This document shows positions 1-9,427 of a stretch of 38,953 nucleotides of DNA, piece after piece. The stretch is from Planctomycetia bacterium. GTDB lineage: Bacteria > Planctomycetota > Planctomycetia > Pirellulales > UBA1268. Below the pieces are notes generated by a model, which was not told where the DNA came from, made no database searches, and saw only the letters and a program-made list of their open reading frames with translations. The stretch is taken from NCBI GenBank assembly GCA_009926295.1, contig RFPF01000002.1, positions 1-38,953 of the forward strand, read 5' to 3'. A program made the translations under genes and the position numbers. The number at the start of each line of letters is the position of its first letter. Position 1 is the first letter of the stretch.

Positions 1-1019
1 CGCTCCACGTCGGCCAGCGTCGGCCACGCGGCTGGATCCCCGGATTCGTCCGCCGGCACGACGCTCCGGGATGCCGGCGGAGCGACGATCGCGGGCTCGA
101 CGCGAAACACGCCGGGAACCGAAGTCGTCGCCAGGATGCCCTGCGCGGCGGCCTGCATGAGCTGCGATGCGTCATGTGTCGTGGCCCGGCCCGTGGTGGG
201 GGGTGTGGCCTGCGCGACGTCGAGCGAGCCGCCCATGAATCCGCTCAGGGCGTCGGGGTCGATCTCGTCGCCCGACGAGAACATCACCGCCCGCTCGAGG
301 ACATTTTCCAATTCGCGCACGTTGCCCGGCCACGCATACGCCTGGAGCACCTCGACGGCCGCGGGCGACAGCGCGCACAGCGGCATGCCATGCCGGCCGG
401 CGAGCTCGGCCAGATACCGCGCGGCCAGCACCGGAACGTCCTCCGGGCGGTCTTTCAACGGCAGGGTGCGGATCGTGACGACGTTGAGCCGGTAGTAGAG
501 ATCCTCGCGAAACCTTCCTTCCGTCACCTCGCGGCCGAGTTCACGATTGGTGGCGGCGACGACCCGGACGTCGACGGGAATCTCGTCGTGGCAGCCGACC
601 GGCACGACCGTCCTCTGCTGGAGCACTCGGAGCAGCTTGGCCTGCAGCTCGAGTTCCATCTCCCCGATCTCGTCGAGGAAGATCGTGCCGCCCGTGGCGG
701 CGCGGAAGCACCCGAGCGTCGAGGACGTGGCCCCCGTGAAAGAGCCCTTCACGTGGCCGAACATGTGACTGGCGAACAGGGTGCCGGTGGTTACGGCGCA
801 ATCGACCGGGATGAAGGGCTTGGCCGCCCGGTTGCCGGTCGCGTGGATGGCCCGCGCGATGAGCTCCTTGCCGGTGCCGCTCGGGCCGAGGATGAGGACG
901 CTCGACTGGTGGACGGCGACCAGTTCGATCGCCCGCCGTACCTGCTGCGCCCATGGAGACACCCCGACGATCCGCTCGAGCGGCAGGGGCGCGGTGCGGT
1001 GCTGGGGTACGGTTGCCAT
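1..1019 (-). CDS. sigma-54-dependent transcriptional activator (bacterial enhancer-binding protein), partial; the C-terminal HTH runs off the window; no N-terminal receiver or sensor domain
   Basis: Hand translation of the minus strand from ATG 1019..1017. An in-frame TGA at 1028..1026 lies immediately upstream, and the frame stays open to position 1, so it is absent from the ORF track. Sequence begins MATVPQHRTAPLPLERIVGVSPWAQQVRRAIELVA. Motifs: Walker A GPSGTGKE, sigma-54 contact loop GSFTGA (GAFTGA variant), Walker B GGTIFLDEIGEM, RFREDLYYRLNV, WPGNVRELENV. The last residues WPTLADVER look like the start of a Fis-type HTH. Confidence 0.85.
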   Translation of the reverse strand, partial: MATVPQHRTAPLPLERIVGVSPWAQQVRRAIELVAVHQSSVLILGPSGTGKELIARAIHATGNRAAKPFIPVDCAVTTGTLFASHMFGHVKGSFTGATSSTLGCFRAATGGTIFLDEIGEMELELQAKLLRVLQQRTVVPVGCHDEIPVDVRVVAATNRELGREVTEGRFREDLYYRLNVVTIRTLPLKDRPEDVPVLAARYLAELAGRHGMPLCALSPAAVEVLQAYAWPGNVRELENVLERAVMFSSGDEIDPDALSGFMGGSLDVAQATPPTTGRATTHDASQLMQAAAQGILATTSVPGVFRVEPAIVAPPASRSVVPADESGDPAAWPTLADVE

Positions 1020-1224
1020 GGATTCTCATCCACCCTCGACCGCATCGACTATATCCCTCGAGCGGCCCAACCGCCAGCCGATGGACCGGTTGCAACGCCG
1101 GTAGCGGTCGCAGCGGTCCGGAAAAAACCATGACGGGCCGTTCGCCCGGTCGGGGAAGATGGGCAAAGATTGAGTCGGTGGACCGCGCCGGCGAACGCCG
1201 CCGGCCGCCCCGAGGGATGACCGC

Positions 1225-2553
1225 ATGCCAGACTCGAGCCCGTCCTCCGATTCGCTCGCGCATCCGCGCGGCGTGCCCTGGCTCCGGCTGCTCGCCGTGG
1301 CGGCGGTCGTGGCCGCCGGCTGGGCGGTCCTCGATCGCGCGCTGGTCGACCGTCGGCCGATCGTGGTCGGGCTGCTCCATTCGCAGACCGGGCCGATGGC
1401 GATCAGCGAGAAATCGATGATCGACGCCGAGGTGCTCGCGCTCGAGCAGATCAACGCCGCCGGAGGCATCCTCGGGCGTCCCGTGCGCTGGGTGATCGCC
1501 GACGGCGCCTCCGACCCGCAGACCTTCGCGCGGCAGGCGGAGAAGCTGATCCGGGAGGATGGAGTCGCGGTCGTATTCGGATGCTGGACGAGCGCCAGCC
1601 GAAAGAGCGTGCTGCCGATCGTGGAGGCGGCCGACCATCTCCTCGTCTATCCCATGGCCTACGAGGGTCTGGAGCAGTCTCCGAACGTGATCTACACCGG
1701 TGCCGCGCCCAATCAGCAGATCACGCCCGCCGTGCAGTGGTGCCACAACACGCTGCAGGCGCGACGGTTCTTTCTCGTGGGATCCGACTACATCTGGCCG
1801 CATTGCGTCAACGCGATCATCTCCGACCAGCTCGCAGGCCTCGGCGACGAGCGGGTGGGCGAGGCCTACGTCGCCTACGGGAGCAGCGATGTCGACGAGG
1901 CGGTGCGGGAGATCGTCGCCTCCAAGCCGGACGTCGTGCTCAGTTCGGTGGTCGGTGACTCGGCGGTCGCGTTCGCGAGGAAGCTGCGGGCCGCCGGCGT
2001 GCTGCCCGACCGCACGCCGGTGATCTCGTTCGCCGTCGCGGAGGACGAGCTGCGCATCGCCGGCCGCGAGGATTTCGCCGGCCACTACGCCGCATGGAAC
2101 TATTTCCAGACCATCGACCGCCCCGAAAACCAGGCCTTCGTCCGCAACTTCAAGGCCCGCTACGGCAGCGACCGGACCACGTCGGACGTGATCGCCGCCG
2201 CCTACGACAGCGTACTCCTGTGGGCACAGGCGGTGCGGGAGTCGGGCACCGCCGAAGTCCACCAGGTGCGCAACGCCATGCGGTTCCAGAGCCTCGACGC
2301 CCCGGAGGGCATCATCTCGATCGACCCGACCACGCAGCACACGTGGCGGCCCGTCTCGATCGGCAGGATCCGGCCCGACGGACAGTTCGAGATCGTCTGG
2401 TCGAGCCGGACGGCGGTCCGCCCGGTTCCCTTCCCGCTGTCGCGGTCGCGCGAGGCGTGGGAGGAGTTCGTGGCGGGCCTGCAGCGGCGCTGGGGAGGCG
2501 CCTGGATCAACACCTCCCCCCGGGCGGATCGCGTGCCCGCCGCCACGCCCTGA
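1225..2553 (+). CDS. membrane-anchored periplasmic solute-binding protein, UrtA/FmdD/AmiC-like (urea/short-chain amide type, PBP type 1)
   Basis: 442-aa ORF. N-terminal hydrophobic anchor [18 protein letters not shown]. UrtA-like blocks [45 protein letters not shown] and [30 protein letters not shown] lies upstream of the ATG. Confidence 0.8.
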   Translation: MPDSSPSSDSLAHPRGVPWLRLLAVAAVVAAGWAVLDRALVDRRPIVVGLLHSQTGPMAISEKSMIDAEVLALEQINAAGGILGRPVRWVIADGASDPQTFARQAEKLIREDGVAVVFGCWTSASRKSVLPIVEAADHLLVYPMAYEGLEQSPNVIYTGAAPNQQITPAVQWCHNTLQARRFFLVGSDYIWPHCVNAIISDQLAGLGDERVGEAYVAYGSSDVDEAVREIVASKPDVVLSSVVGDSAVAFARKLRAAGVLPDRTPVISFAVAEDELRIAGREDFAGHYAAWNYFQTIDRPENQAFVRNFKARYGSDRTTSDVIAAAYDSVLLWAQAVRESGTAEVHQVRNAMRFQSLDAPEGIISIDPTTQHTWRPVSIGRIRPDGQFEIVWSSRTAVRPVPFPLSRSREAWEEFVAGLQRRWGGAWINTSPRADRVPAATP

Positions 2554-2566
2554 GCGCAGCACCATC

Positions 2567-4627
2567 ATGAACACCACCCCAGCGCCGATTTCCTCCGAGA
2601 GCAGCGCCGTCGCGGCGCGGCTGATGCAGCGGTCAATCGCCGGCCGGCTGCTCTTTTGGTTTCTCGTGATCGCGCTCATTCCCTGCGCCGTCCTCACCCT
2701 GATCACGGCTCGGATCGCGACCAGGGCGCTCGAGAATTCGGTGCAGAACAACCTGATCCAGATCGCCGCTGCGAAGGCGGGGGAGCTGGAGGCCTTCGCG
2801 ATCGAGCGGGTGCGAGACGGGATGGCAACGGCCCGCGGGCCCACGGTGGTGCGGGCCGTGCGGGAGTTGTCCGCCGCGGCCGGGCAGGAGGCAACCGACG
2901 CCGCGCGGGCCGGCAGGCTCGCGGCCGAAGGCAGGCAGTTCGAGGAATTCCTCGGCTACGTGGCCAGCTCGTTCGGCTACTCCGAGATCCTCCTGATCGA
3001 CGCGTCGGGACGCATCGTGTTCTCCATGGACCGCCGCCTCCCCGTCGGCGCGTCGGTGATGGCGGGCAATCTCGGCGCGTCGGAACTCGCGGCGGGGTTC
3101 GATCGCTCGTGCACGCTCCTGCAGTCGGACCTCTCCGGTTTCCAGTCGTATGGCTCCACGCAGCAACCGCTCGCATTCGTGACGAGCCCGGTGTTTTCCG
3201 AGGGCCGCGTGATCGGCGTGCTCGCGCTCGGGCTCGGCCCGGAACGAGTCTGGCGGGTGCTCTCCGACCTCGGCGGCCTGGGACGCACCGGCGAGATCGT
3301 CACCGGGCAGCAGCAGGGACAGTCGGTGCTCGTCACCTGCCCACTCCGCCACGCCCCCGACGCCGCGTTCAAGCTCCAGATCCCCCTCGGCGCGCAGAAC
3401 GCCTCCGGCACGCAGAAGGCCTCCAGCGGCGCCCGCGGCTACGGCGTGGTGCGCGACTATCGCGGCACGGAGGTCGTCGCGGCGTGGTGCTACCTGCCGA
3501 GCTTCCGCTGGGGCATGAACGTCAAGCAGGATGCAGCCGAGGCGTTCGCCCTCGTCAACTTCCAGCGGGCCGCCATCGTCGGTCTCTCCCTGGCCACGAT
3601 CCTCGGCGTGACGATCGCGGCGCTGGCCGTCGCCCGCACGATCTCGGCCCCGATCCGCACGGCCGTCGCCGTCGCCCGCCAGGTGGCCGGGGGAGACCTG
3701 CGGGCGAGTGTGAGCCCGGCCGGCAACGACGAGACCGGCGCCCTCCTGACCGCGATCCAGACCATGACCAACGACCTCCGCGGCCTCATCGGACGCATTC
3801 AGAAGTCGTCGGTCGCGCTGATCTCGACGGCCACCGCCATCCAGGCCACCAGCAGCGAACAGCAGCAGGTGATCGCCGACTACGGAGCCTCGACGAGCGA
3901 GGCCGTGGCGGCCGTGAAGGAGATCTCGGTCACCAGCCAGGAACTCGTGCGCACGATGACGGAGGTCAACGACATGGCCGCCCGCACGGGGCGGATGGCC
4001 GCCGAGGGCCGCGGCAACCTCTCGGGGATGGATTCCACCATGCGTCAGCTCGCCGAGAGCACGTCGTCGTTCGGTTCGAAGCTGGCTGTGATCAGCGAAC
4101 GGGCCGCCAACATCAACCTCGCCGTGACGACGATCACGAAGGTCGCGGACCAGACGAACCTGCTCTCCATCAACGCCGCCATCGAGGCCGAGAAGGCGGG
4201 CGAATACGGCCTCGGCTTCCTCGTCGTAGCCCGCGAGATCCGCCGGCTCGCCGACCAGACGGCGGTGGCCTCGCTCGACATCGAGCGGATGGTCAAGGAG
4301 ATGCAGTACAGCGTGTCGGCGGGCGTGATGGAGATGGACAAGTTCGCCGAGCAGGTGCGGGGCGGCGTGCGCGAGATCGGCGAAATCTCCGGGAAGCTGG
4401 GGGAGATCATCGAGGCGGTGCAGGGCATCTCCGGCCGCTTCGGGCAGGTGACCGAGGGAATGCGGGCCCAGTCGCAGGGTGCCGAGCAGATCCGGGAGGC
4501 GATGGTCCGCCTCGCGGAAGGGGCCTCGCGCACGGCCGACTCGCTCAACGACTTCAACAGCGCGACGATCCACTTGCGCGAGGCGGTCGGCGATCTCAAG
4601 GAGGAGGTCTCCCGCTTCACGATCTGA
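2567..4627 (+). CDS. methyl-accepting chemotaxis protein: TM1, roughly 290-aa periplasmic Cache-like domain, TM2, HAMP, signalling domain
   Basis: 686-aa ORF. TM segments [19 protein letters not shown] and [65 protein letters not shown]. Signalling hairpin [39 protein letters not shown]. Confidence 0.9.
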   Translation: MNTTPAPISSESSAVAARLMQRSIAGRLLFWFLVIALIPCAVLTLITARIATRALENSVQNNLIQIAAAKAGELEAFAIERVRDGMATARGPTVVRAVRELSAAAGQEATDAARAGRLAAEGRQFEEFLGYVASSFGYSEILLIDASGRIVFSMDRRLPVGASVMAGNLGASELAAGFDRSCTLLQSDLSGFQSYGSTQQPLAFVTSPVFSEGRVIGVLALGLGPERVWRVLSDLGGLGRTGEIVTGQQQGQSVLVTCPLRHAPDAAFKLQIPLGAQNASGTQKASSGARGYGVVRDYRGTEVVAAWCYLPSFRWGMNVKQDAAEAFALVNFQRAAIVGLSLATILGVTIAALAVARTISAPIRTAVAVARQVAGGDLRASVSPAGNDETGALLTAIQTMTNDLRGLIGRIQKSSVALISTATAIQATSSEQQQVIADYGASTSEAVAAVKEISVTSQELVRTMTEVNDMAARTGRMAAEGRGNLSGMDSTMRQLAESTSSFGSKLAVISERAANINLAVTTITKVADQTNLLSINAAIEAEKAGEYGLGFLVVAREIRRLADQTAVASLDIERMVKEMQYSVSAGVMEMDKFAEQVRGGVREIGEISGKLGEIIEAVQGISGRFGQVTEGMRAQSQGAEQIREAMVRLAEGASRTADSLNDFNSATIHLREAVGDLKEEVSRFTI

Positions 4628-4642
4628 CGCGGGCCGCGGCCC

Positions 4643-5140
4643 ATGCAAATCCTCACGTTCACCGTCGCCGGCCAGCCCTACGCGATCCCCTCGCGGACCG
4701 TGCTCGAGGTGCTGCCGCTGGTTCCGGTCCGGCCGGTGCCCCTGCTGCCCGACTACGTGCCGGGCGTGTTCACCTACCGGGGGAACCTCGTGCCGATGGT
4801 CGACCTCGCGCGGCGGTTCGACTCTCCCGCCGTCGACGCGGGAGGGCGCCGCCGGCTCAGCACCCGCCTGATCGTCGTGGAGGTGGCGGCCCCCGCCGCC
4901 GGGACTGCCGAGCCGGCCCGGCCCGTGCTCCTGGGATTGGTGGCCGACAACGTGGTCTCGGTCCAGTCCGCCGCCGAGGGTAACGCCGCCGCGACCATCG
5001 ACACCGGCGATGCCCCTTTTCTCGGGCGGCTCCTGCGGCTCGGTGGCGACACGGTGCAGATGATCGCCGTGGACAGGCTCGTGCCCCCGGACCTGCTCGC
5101 CAGGCTGGTGGCGACGGCCAGCGGAGCAGCCGGCCCATGA
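4643..5140 (+). CDS. cheW: CheW-like coupling protein (WspB position)
   Basis: 165-aa ORF with a CheW-like pattern: FTVAGQPYAIPSRTVLEVLP..VPGVFTYRGNLVPMVDLARRF. Its stop overlaps the next start (ATGA at 5137-5140). Confidence 0.85.
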   Translation: MQILTFTVAGQPYAIPSRTVLEVLPLVPVRPVPLLPDYVPGVFTYRGNLVPMVDLARRFDSPAVDAGGRRRLSTRLIVVEVAAPAAGTAEPARPVLLGLVADNVVSVQSAAEGNAAATIDTGDAPFLGRLLRLGGDTVQMIAVDRLVPPDLLARLVATASGAAGP

Positions 5141-6402
5141 CCACCTCCAGGCTTCCAGAACCCGCCGCGGTTCCCGCGGCCGAGGACCTGCTCGGAGGGT
5201 GGATCGGGCTCGATCCCACGATCGTGGGCTCGGGTTCGATCGCACGGGCCGTCCAGTCGCGGATGGAGGCGCTCGGCATCGCGGATCCGGCGGCAGTGGT
5301 CTCGCTCGCCCGCCGTGACACGGCCGAACGCGACCGCCTGGTCGAGGAGGTGGTGGTCGGGGAGAGTTGGTTCTTCCGGGACCCTCAGGTGTTTTCCTTC
5401 GTGTGCCGCGCCGCCGCGCTGCGGGCCGCGCTGCCGGGACGACCGCCGATCCGCATCCTCAGCGCCCCGTGCGCCGGCGGCGAGGAGCCCTACTCGCTGG
5501 CCATGGGCCTGCTCGAGGCCGGCCTCGCCGCCGACCGCTTCACGATCGACGCGATCGATGTCAGCCACGTGGCGCTCGAGCGGGCCCGGCGGGCTCGCTA
5601 CACCGCGAACGCGTTCCGCAACGCGGACAACTCGTTCCATGACCGCTGGTTCCAGCGCGACGGACAGCTCTCGACGCTCGATGAATCGGTGCGGCGGCTG
5701 GTGCGGTTTTCGTGGGCGAACCTTCTCGACCCATCGTTTCCGGACGAGCCGCTCGGCACGGGAACGTACGACGTCGTCTTCTGCCGCAATCTGCTCATCT
5801 ACCTGTCCCCGGAAGCCCGCGGCCGCGCGGAGCGGGTTCTCGACCGACTGGTGGCCGCCGACGGGCTGCTCGTCCTCGGGGCGGCCGAACCGCCGATCAT
5901 CCGCGGCGACTGGCTGCCCGCCGGTGACACGTCCGTGTTCGCGTTGCGCCGCGGCATCCGGTCTGCGGATCAGGCCGCGCCGCTTCGGCCCGCGGCGCGA
6001 CGGCCGGAACCGTCATCGCCCCCGCGGGTCCGGGAGGCGGCCGTGGCCGACGCGGCAGCACCCGGACCGGCCCCCGCGTCGAGCCTCGACGACGTGCTCC
6101 GCGAAGCAGGGGCCCTGGCCAACGCGCGGCAGTTCGCCACCGCTCTCGAACTGTGCGTCGCGCACACGCGCGCGGCGGGGCCCGATCCACAGCTCTTCTT
6201 CCTGATGGGAATGCTCCACCAGTCGGCCGGCGATCCAGACCGTGCCGAGGGCTGCTTCCACAAGACGCTGTACCTCGACGCAGCCCACGATGAGGCGCTG
6301 CTGGCGCTGGCGCTGCTGGCGGCGCAGCGCGGCGACGCCCTCATGGCGGAGAAGTACCGCCAGTCGGCGGCCCGCATCCTCTCGCGCAAGGCCTCCCCAT
6401 GA
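5137..6402 (+). CDS. cheR: CheR-type MCP methyltransferase with C-terminal TPR repeats (WspC-like)
   Basis: 421-aa ORF. Motifs ESWFFRD, SAM-binding ILSAPCAGGEEPYSLAMGL and VVFCRNLLIYLSPEARGRA. TPR-like tail FFLMGMLHQSAGDPDRAEGCFHKTLYLDAAHDEALLALALL. Confidence 0.9.
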   Translation: MTTSRLPEPAAVPAAEDLLGGWIGLDPTIVGSGSIARAVQSRMEALGIADPAAVVSLARRDTAERDRLVEEVVVGESWFFRDPQVFSFVCRAAALRAALPGRPPIRILSAPCAGGEEPYSLAMGLLEAGLAADRFTIDAIDVSHVALERARRARYTANAFRNADNSFHDRWFQRDGQLSTLDESVRRLVRFSWANLLDPSFPDEPLGTGTYDVVFCRNLLIYLSPEARGRAERVLDRLVAADGLLVLGAAEPPIIRGDWLPAGDTSVFALRRGIRSADQAAPLRPAARRPEPSSPPRVREAAVADAAAPGPAPASSLDDVLREAGALANARQFATALELCVAHTRAAGPDPQLFFLMGMLHQSAGDPDRAEGCFHKTLYLDAAHDEALLALALLAAQRGDALMAEKYRQSAARILSRKASP

Positions 6403-7103
6403 GCACCGCCGATCCGCTCGTAAGGGCCCCGATGGACGAATGCTGGCGCCGCATCGGCGTGGCGGGCGACCGCAGCTGCCCGGAGCTCGAGACGTTCGTC
6501 CACTGCCGCAACTGCCCGGTTCTCGCGGAGGCCGCCCGCACCTTCTTCGACCGCGAGGCGCCGGAGGGCTACCTGGAGGGATGGAGCCGGCTTCTCGAAG
6601 AGCCGGAGGCGGTCGCCGACCCCGACGCCGCCAGCGTGCTCGTGTTCCGTCTGGGCCACGAATGGCTCGCCCTGCCGACGGCCGCGCTCGTCGAGATCAC
6701 CACGCTGCGGCCGCTCCACCGGGTGCCACATCGAACCGCGGGCGTCCTCGAGGGACTCGTGAACATCCGCGGCCAGCTGCAGCTCTGCACGTCGCTCCAC
6801 GTGCTTCTCGGTCTCGAGGGCACGGCGCCATCCTTCCAGCCGGCCGCCGACGGCCCGACGTCCGCGCGGCTGCTGGTCGTGGAGTCCGGACGGGGTGAGG
6901 CCGGGGGACGGTGGGTGCTGGGGGTCGACGAGGTCGCGGGCGTGCAGCGAGTGGCGCGGGCCGCGTTGCGGGCGGTTCCGGCGACCGTCAGCCACTCGTC
7001 CGGCCGATACTGCCAGGCGCTGTTCGACTGGCAGGATCGGGCCGTGGGACTGCTCGACGAGACGCGGGTGTTCGACGGTCTCGACGACCTGATCGGGCGC
7101 TAG
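6399..7103 (+). CDS. cheW: CheW-like coupling protein with an N-terminal Cys/His motif (WspD position)
   Basis: 234-aa ORF. N-terminus CWRRIGVAGDRSCPELETFVHCRNCPV. CheW core VLVFRLGHEWLALPTAALVEI..GLVNIRGQLQLCTSLHVLLGL. ATGA overlap with the cheR stop at 6399-6402. Confidence 0.85.
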   Translation: MSTADPLVRAPMDECWRRIGVAGDRSCPELETFVHCRNCPVLAEAARTFFDREAPEGYLEGWSRLLEEPEAVADPDAASVLVFRLGHEWLALPTAALVEITTLRPLHRVPHRTAGVLEGLVNIRGQLQLCTSLHVLLGLEGTAPSFQPAADGPTSARLLVVESGRGEAGGRWVLGVDEVAGVQRVARAALRAVPATVSHSSGRYCQALFDWQDRAVGLLDETRVFDGLDDLIGR

Positions 7104-7119
7104 GAAGGGTGAGGACGAA

Positions 7120-9417
7120 GTGGCGGACGACCTGAGCGGATTTTCGATGCTCGAGCTCTTCCGGCTCGAGGCCGAGAGCCAGACGTCGGTCCTCTCGGCC
7201 GGCATTCTCGCGGTGGAGGAATTGGACCGGTCGCCTGACACCATCGAGGCGATGATGCGGGCCGCCCATTCACTCAAGGGCGCGGCGCGGATCGTGGGCC
7301 TCGATCCGGCCGTGCGCGTGGCGCACGCCATGGAAGACTGTTTCGTCGCCGCCGGCAAAGGGACGTTCCGCGTGCGGCCCGAGCACGTCGACCTGCTGCT
7401 GTCGGCCGTCGACTTCCTCTCTTCGATCGCGAAGGCGGAGGACGCCCTGGCTCCCGAGAGCCGCTGGGCCGCGACCGCCGAAGTACTCGTGGGGGAGCTG
7501 GCGTCGCTCGTGGCGAACGGGACCAGTCCGCCTGTTACCAGTCCGCCTGTTACCAGTCCGCCTGTTACCGGCCCGCCTGTTACCAGTCCGCCCGCCGCTT
7601 CGCCGGAGACCACCGGCCCGGCCGATGCTCCCGCTCCCACCGCTGCCAGGGCCCTCGAGCACGCGGATCGCGTCGTGCGGGTGTCCGCCGACAGCCTCAC
7701 GCGGCTGGTCGGGCTGGCCGGTGAATCGCTCGTCGAAACACGCCAACTGCGGCCCTTCGTCGATGGCCTGCTCGCGCTCCGCGCGGCGCAGGTCGACCTC
7801 TGCGACGCGATCGCCTCCGTCGAGGAGCGGATCGAGTCAGGGGAGGTGGTCGCGCCGTCGCCGCTGGGCGGCTCGCTCGGCCGCATCCGTGAGCGGGCCG
7901 ATTCGGTCCTCGCGGGTCTCATGAAGCACGTCGAGGACTTCGAGAGTTTCGCCCGCCGCAACGAGGACCTTTCCAACCGCCTGCATCATGAGGTCATCGT
8001 CAGCCGCATGCGGCCTCTGGCCGACGGCATCCGGGGATTCCCCCGACTGGTGCGCGACATCGCCCGCACGCTGGGCAAGCAGGTGCGGTTCGAGGTGCGC
8101 GGCGAAGAGACCGGCGTCGACCGCGACATCCTCGACAAGCTCGAGGCCCCGCTCTCCCACCTGATCCGCAACGCCCTCGACCACGGGATCGAGACGCCCG
8201 AGGATCGCGAGGCGGCGGGGAAGCCGGCCGGTGGCACGATCCGGCTGGAGGCCCGCCACCGCGCCGGCATGCTCAACATCACGGTCACCGACGACGGTCG
8301 CGGCATCGACGTCGAATCGCTGCGCGGCCGGGCGGTCGCCCGGGGCCTCGTGGCACGCCAGGTCGCCGACCAACTCTCGGAGCTCGAACTCCTCGAGTTC
8401 CTGTTTCTGCCGGGATTCTCCACCAAGGACCAGGTGAGCGAGATCTCCGGCCGGGGCGTCGGGCTCGACGTCGTGCAGAGCATGGTGAAAGGGGTGGGCG
8501 GGACCGTCCGTGTGGCCGCCCAGCCGGGCCGCCAGACGGTATTCACGCTCCAACTCCCGATCACGATGTCGGTGATCCGGGCCCTGCTCGTGGACGTCGG
8601 CGGCGAGCCCTACGCCTTTCCGCTGACCCGCATCGACCAGATCCTGCACTGCCGCCACGCCGATGTCCGGACGGTGGAAGGCCGGCAATACTTCGATCGC
8701 GACGGCGCGTCGATCGGCCTCGTGATGGCCGGCCAGATCCTCGGTATCGAGGAGCCGGGGCAGCCCGTCGATCCCATGCCCGTGGTGGTGGTCAGCGATC
8801 GCGGCCAGCAGTTCGGAATGATCGTCGACGCGTTCCTGGGGGAGCGCGACCTCGAGGTGAGGCCGCTCGACCGCCGGCTCGGCAAGGTGCCCGATATCAA
8901 CAGCGCCTCGCTCCTCGAGAACGGCAACCCCGTGCTGATCGTCGACGTGGAGGATCTCGTGCGATCCATCGACAATGTCCTCATGGGCCGGCGGCTGTCG
9001 CGGGTCGAGTTCGAGCAGCTGGCGGAGCGTTCCCGGCGGCGGAAGCGGGTCCTCGTGGTCGACGACTCGATCACGGTGCGGGAACTCGAGCGCCAGCTTC
9101 TCCAGGCCCGCGGGTTCGCCGTCGACGTGGCGGTCGACGGCATGGACGGCTGGAACGCGATCCGCGGTGCGCATTACGATCTCGTGGTCACCGACGTCGA
9201 CATGCCGCGCATGGACGGCATCGGGCTGGTGTCGCTGATCAAGAACGACCCGACTCGCAAGGACATCCCGGTGGTGATCGTGTCGTACAAGGATCGCGAG
9301 GAGGACCGGCTCCGCGGCCTCGATGCGGGCGCCAACCGCTACCTCACGAAGAGCAGCTTCCACGACGAAACGTTCGTGCATACGATCATCGATCTCGCGG
9401 GAGAGCCCCTGTCATGA
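7120..9417 (+). CDS. cheA: hybrid histidine kinase CheA with C-terminal receiver domain (WspE-like): Hpt, Pro-rich linker, dimerisation, HATPase, CheW-like, REC
   Basis: 765-aa ORF with a GTG start preceded by GGTGAGGA. Hpt AHSLKGAARIVGL. N-box HLIRNALDHGIE, G1 DDGRGID, G2 GRGVGLDVV. REC VLVVDDSITVRELE..DLVVTDVDMPRMDG..YLTKS. Confidence 0.92.
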   Translation: MADDLSGFSMLELFRLEAESQTSVLSAGILAVEELDRSPDTIEAMMRAAHSLKGAARIVGLDPAVRVAHAMEDCFVAAGKGTFRVRPEHVDLLLSAVDFLSSIAKAEDALAPESRWAATAEVLVGELASLVANGTSPPVTSPPVTSPPVTGPPVTSPPAASPETTGPADAPAPTAARALEHADRVVRVSADSLTRLVGLAGESLVETRQLRPFVDGLLALRAAQVDLCDAIASVEERIESGEVVAPSPLGGSLGRIRERADSVLAGLMKHVEDFESFARRNEDLSNRLHHEVIVSRMRPLADGIRGFPRLVRDIARTLGKQVRFEVRGEETGVDRDILDKLEAPLSHLIRNALDHGIETPEDREAAGKPAGGTIRLEARHRAGMLNITVTDDGRGIDVESLRGRAVARGLVARQVADQLSELELLEFLFLPGFSTKDQVSEISGRGVGLDVVQSMVKGVGGTVRVAAQPGRQTVFTLQLPITMSVIRALLVDVGGEPYAFPLTRIDQILHCRHADVRTVEGRQYFDRDGASIGLVMAGQILGIEEPGQPVDPMPVVVVSDRGQQFGMIVDAFLGERDLEVRPLDRRLGKVPDINSASLLENGNPVLIVDVEDLVRSIDNVLMGRRLSRVEFEQLAERSRRRKRVLVVDDSITVRELERQLLQARGFAVDVAVDGMDGWNAIRGAHYDLVVTDVDMPRMDGIGLVSLIKNDPTRKDIPVVIVSYKDREEDRLRGLDAGANRYLTKSSFHDETFVHTIIDLAGEPLS
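7522..7596 (+). repeat. five tandem copies of a 15-bp unit (ACCAGTCCGCCTGTT; the last two copies are variants), encoding (TSPPV)n in the CheA linker
   Basis: Read directly: units at 7522, 7537, 7552, 7567 and 7582. Translation TSPPVTSPPVTSPPVTGPPVTSPPA. Confidence 0.9.
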
Positions 9418-9427
9418 GGCGGATGCC

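Noticed and set aside
1020-1224. A sigma-54 (-24/-12) promoter in the spacer next to the activator. Candidates: TGGACCGGTTGCA at about 1082, TGGGCAAAGATTGAG at about 1160, and TGGACCGCGCCGGCG at about 1178.
   Set aside because: None has the required GG-N10-GC spacing. Each is off by 1-3 nt or lacks the GC.
2633-5245. Very long antisense ORFs opposite real genes. Examples: 2633..5245 (870 aa), 541..2844, 5970..7976, 7837..9381, 10598..11974, 26389..28332, 28483..31326 (947 aa), 22606..23835 and 33555..34802.
   Set aside because: These are typical shadow ORFs of a ~70% GC genome. Their translations are dominated by R, G, P, A and have no motifs, and each lies opposite an ORF with clear family signatures.
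7522-7596. The tandem repeat as a possible CRISPR or other non-coding array.
   Set aside because: The units are directly adjacent without spacers. They are in frame inside cheA and encode a Pro-rich linker.
9323-9427. The 35-aa N-terminal extension of cheB in the ORF track, and the mini-ORF ATGAGGCGGATGCCATGA at 9414.
   Set aside because: The extension overlaps the cheA 3' end and has no receiver-domain sequence. The canonical receiver begins at MRIGIVND (9428), which is preceded by GAGG.
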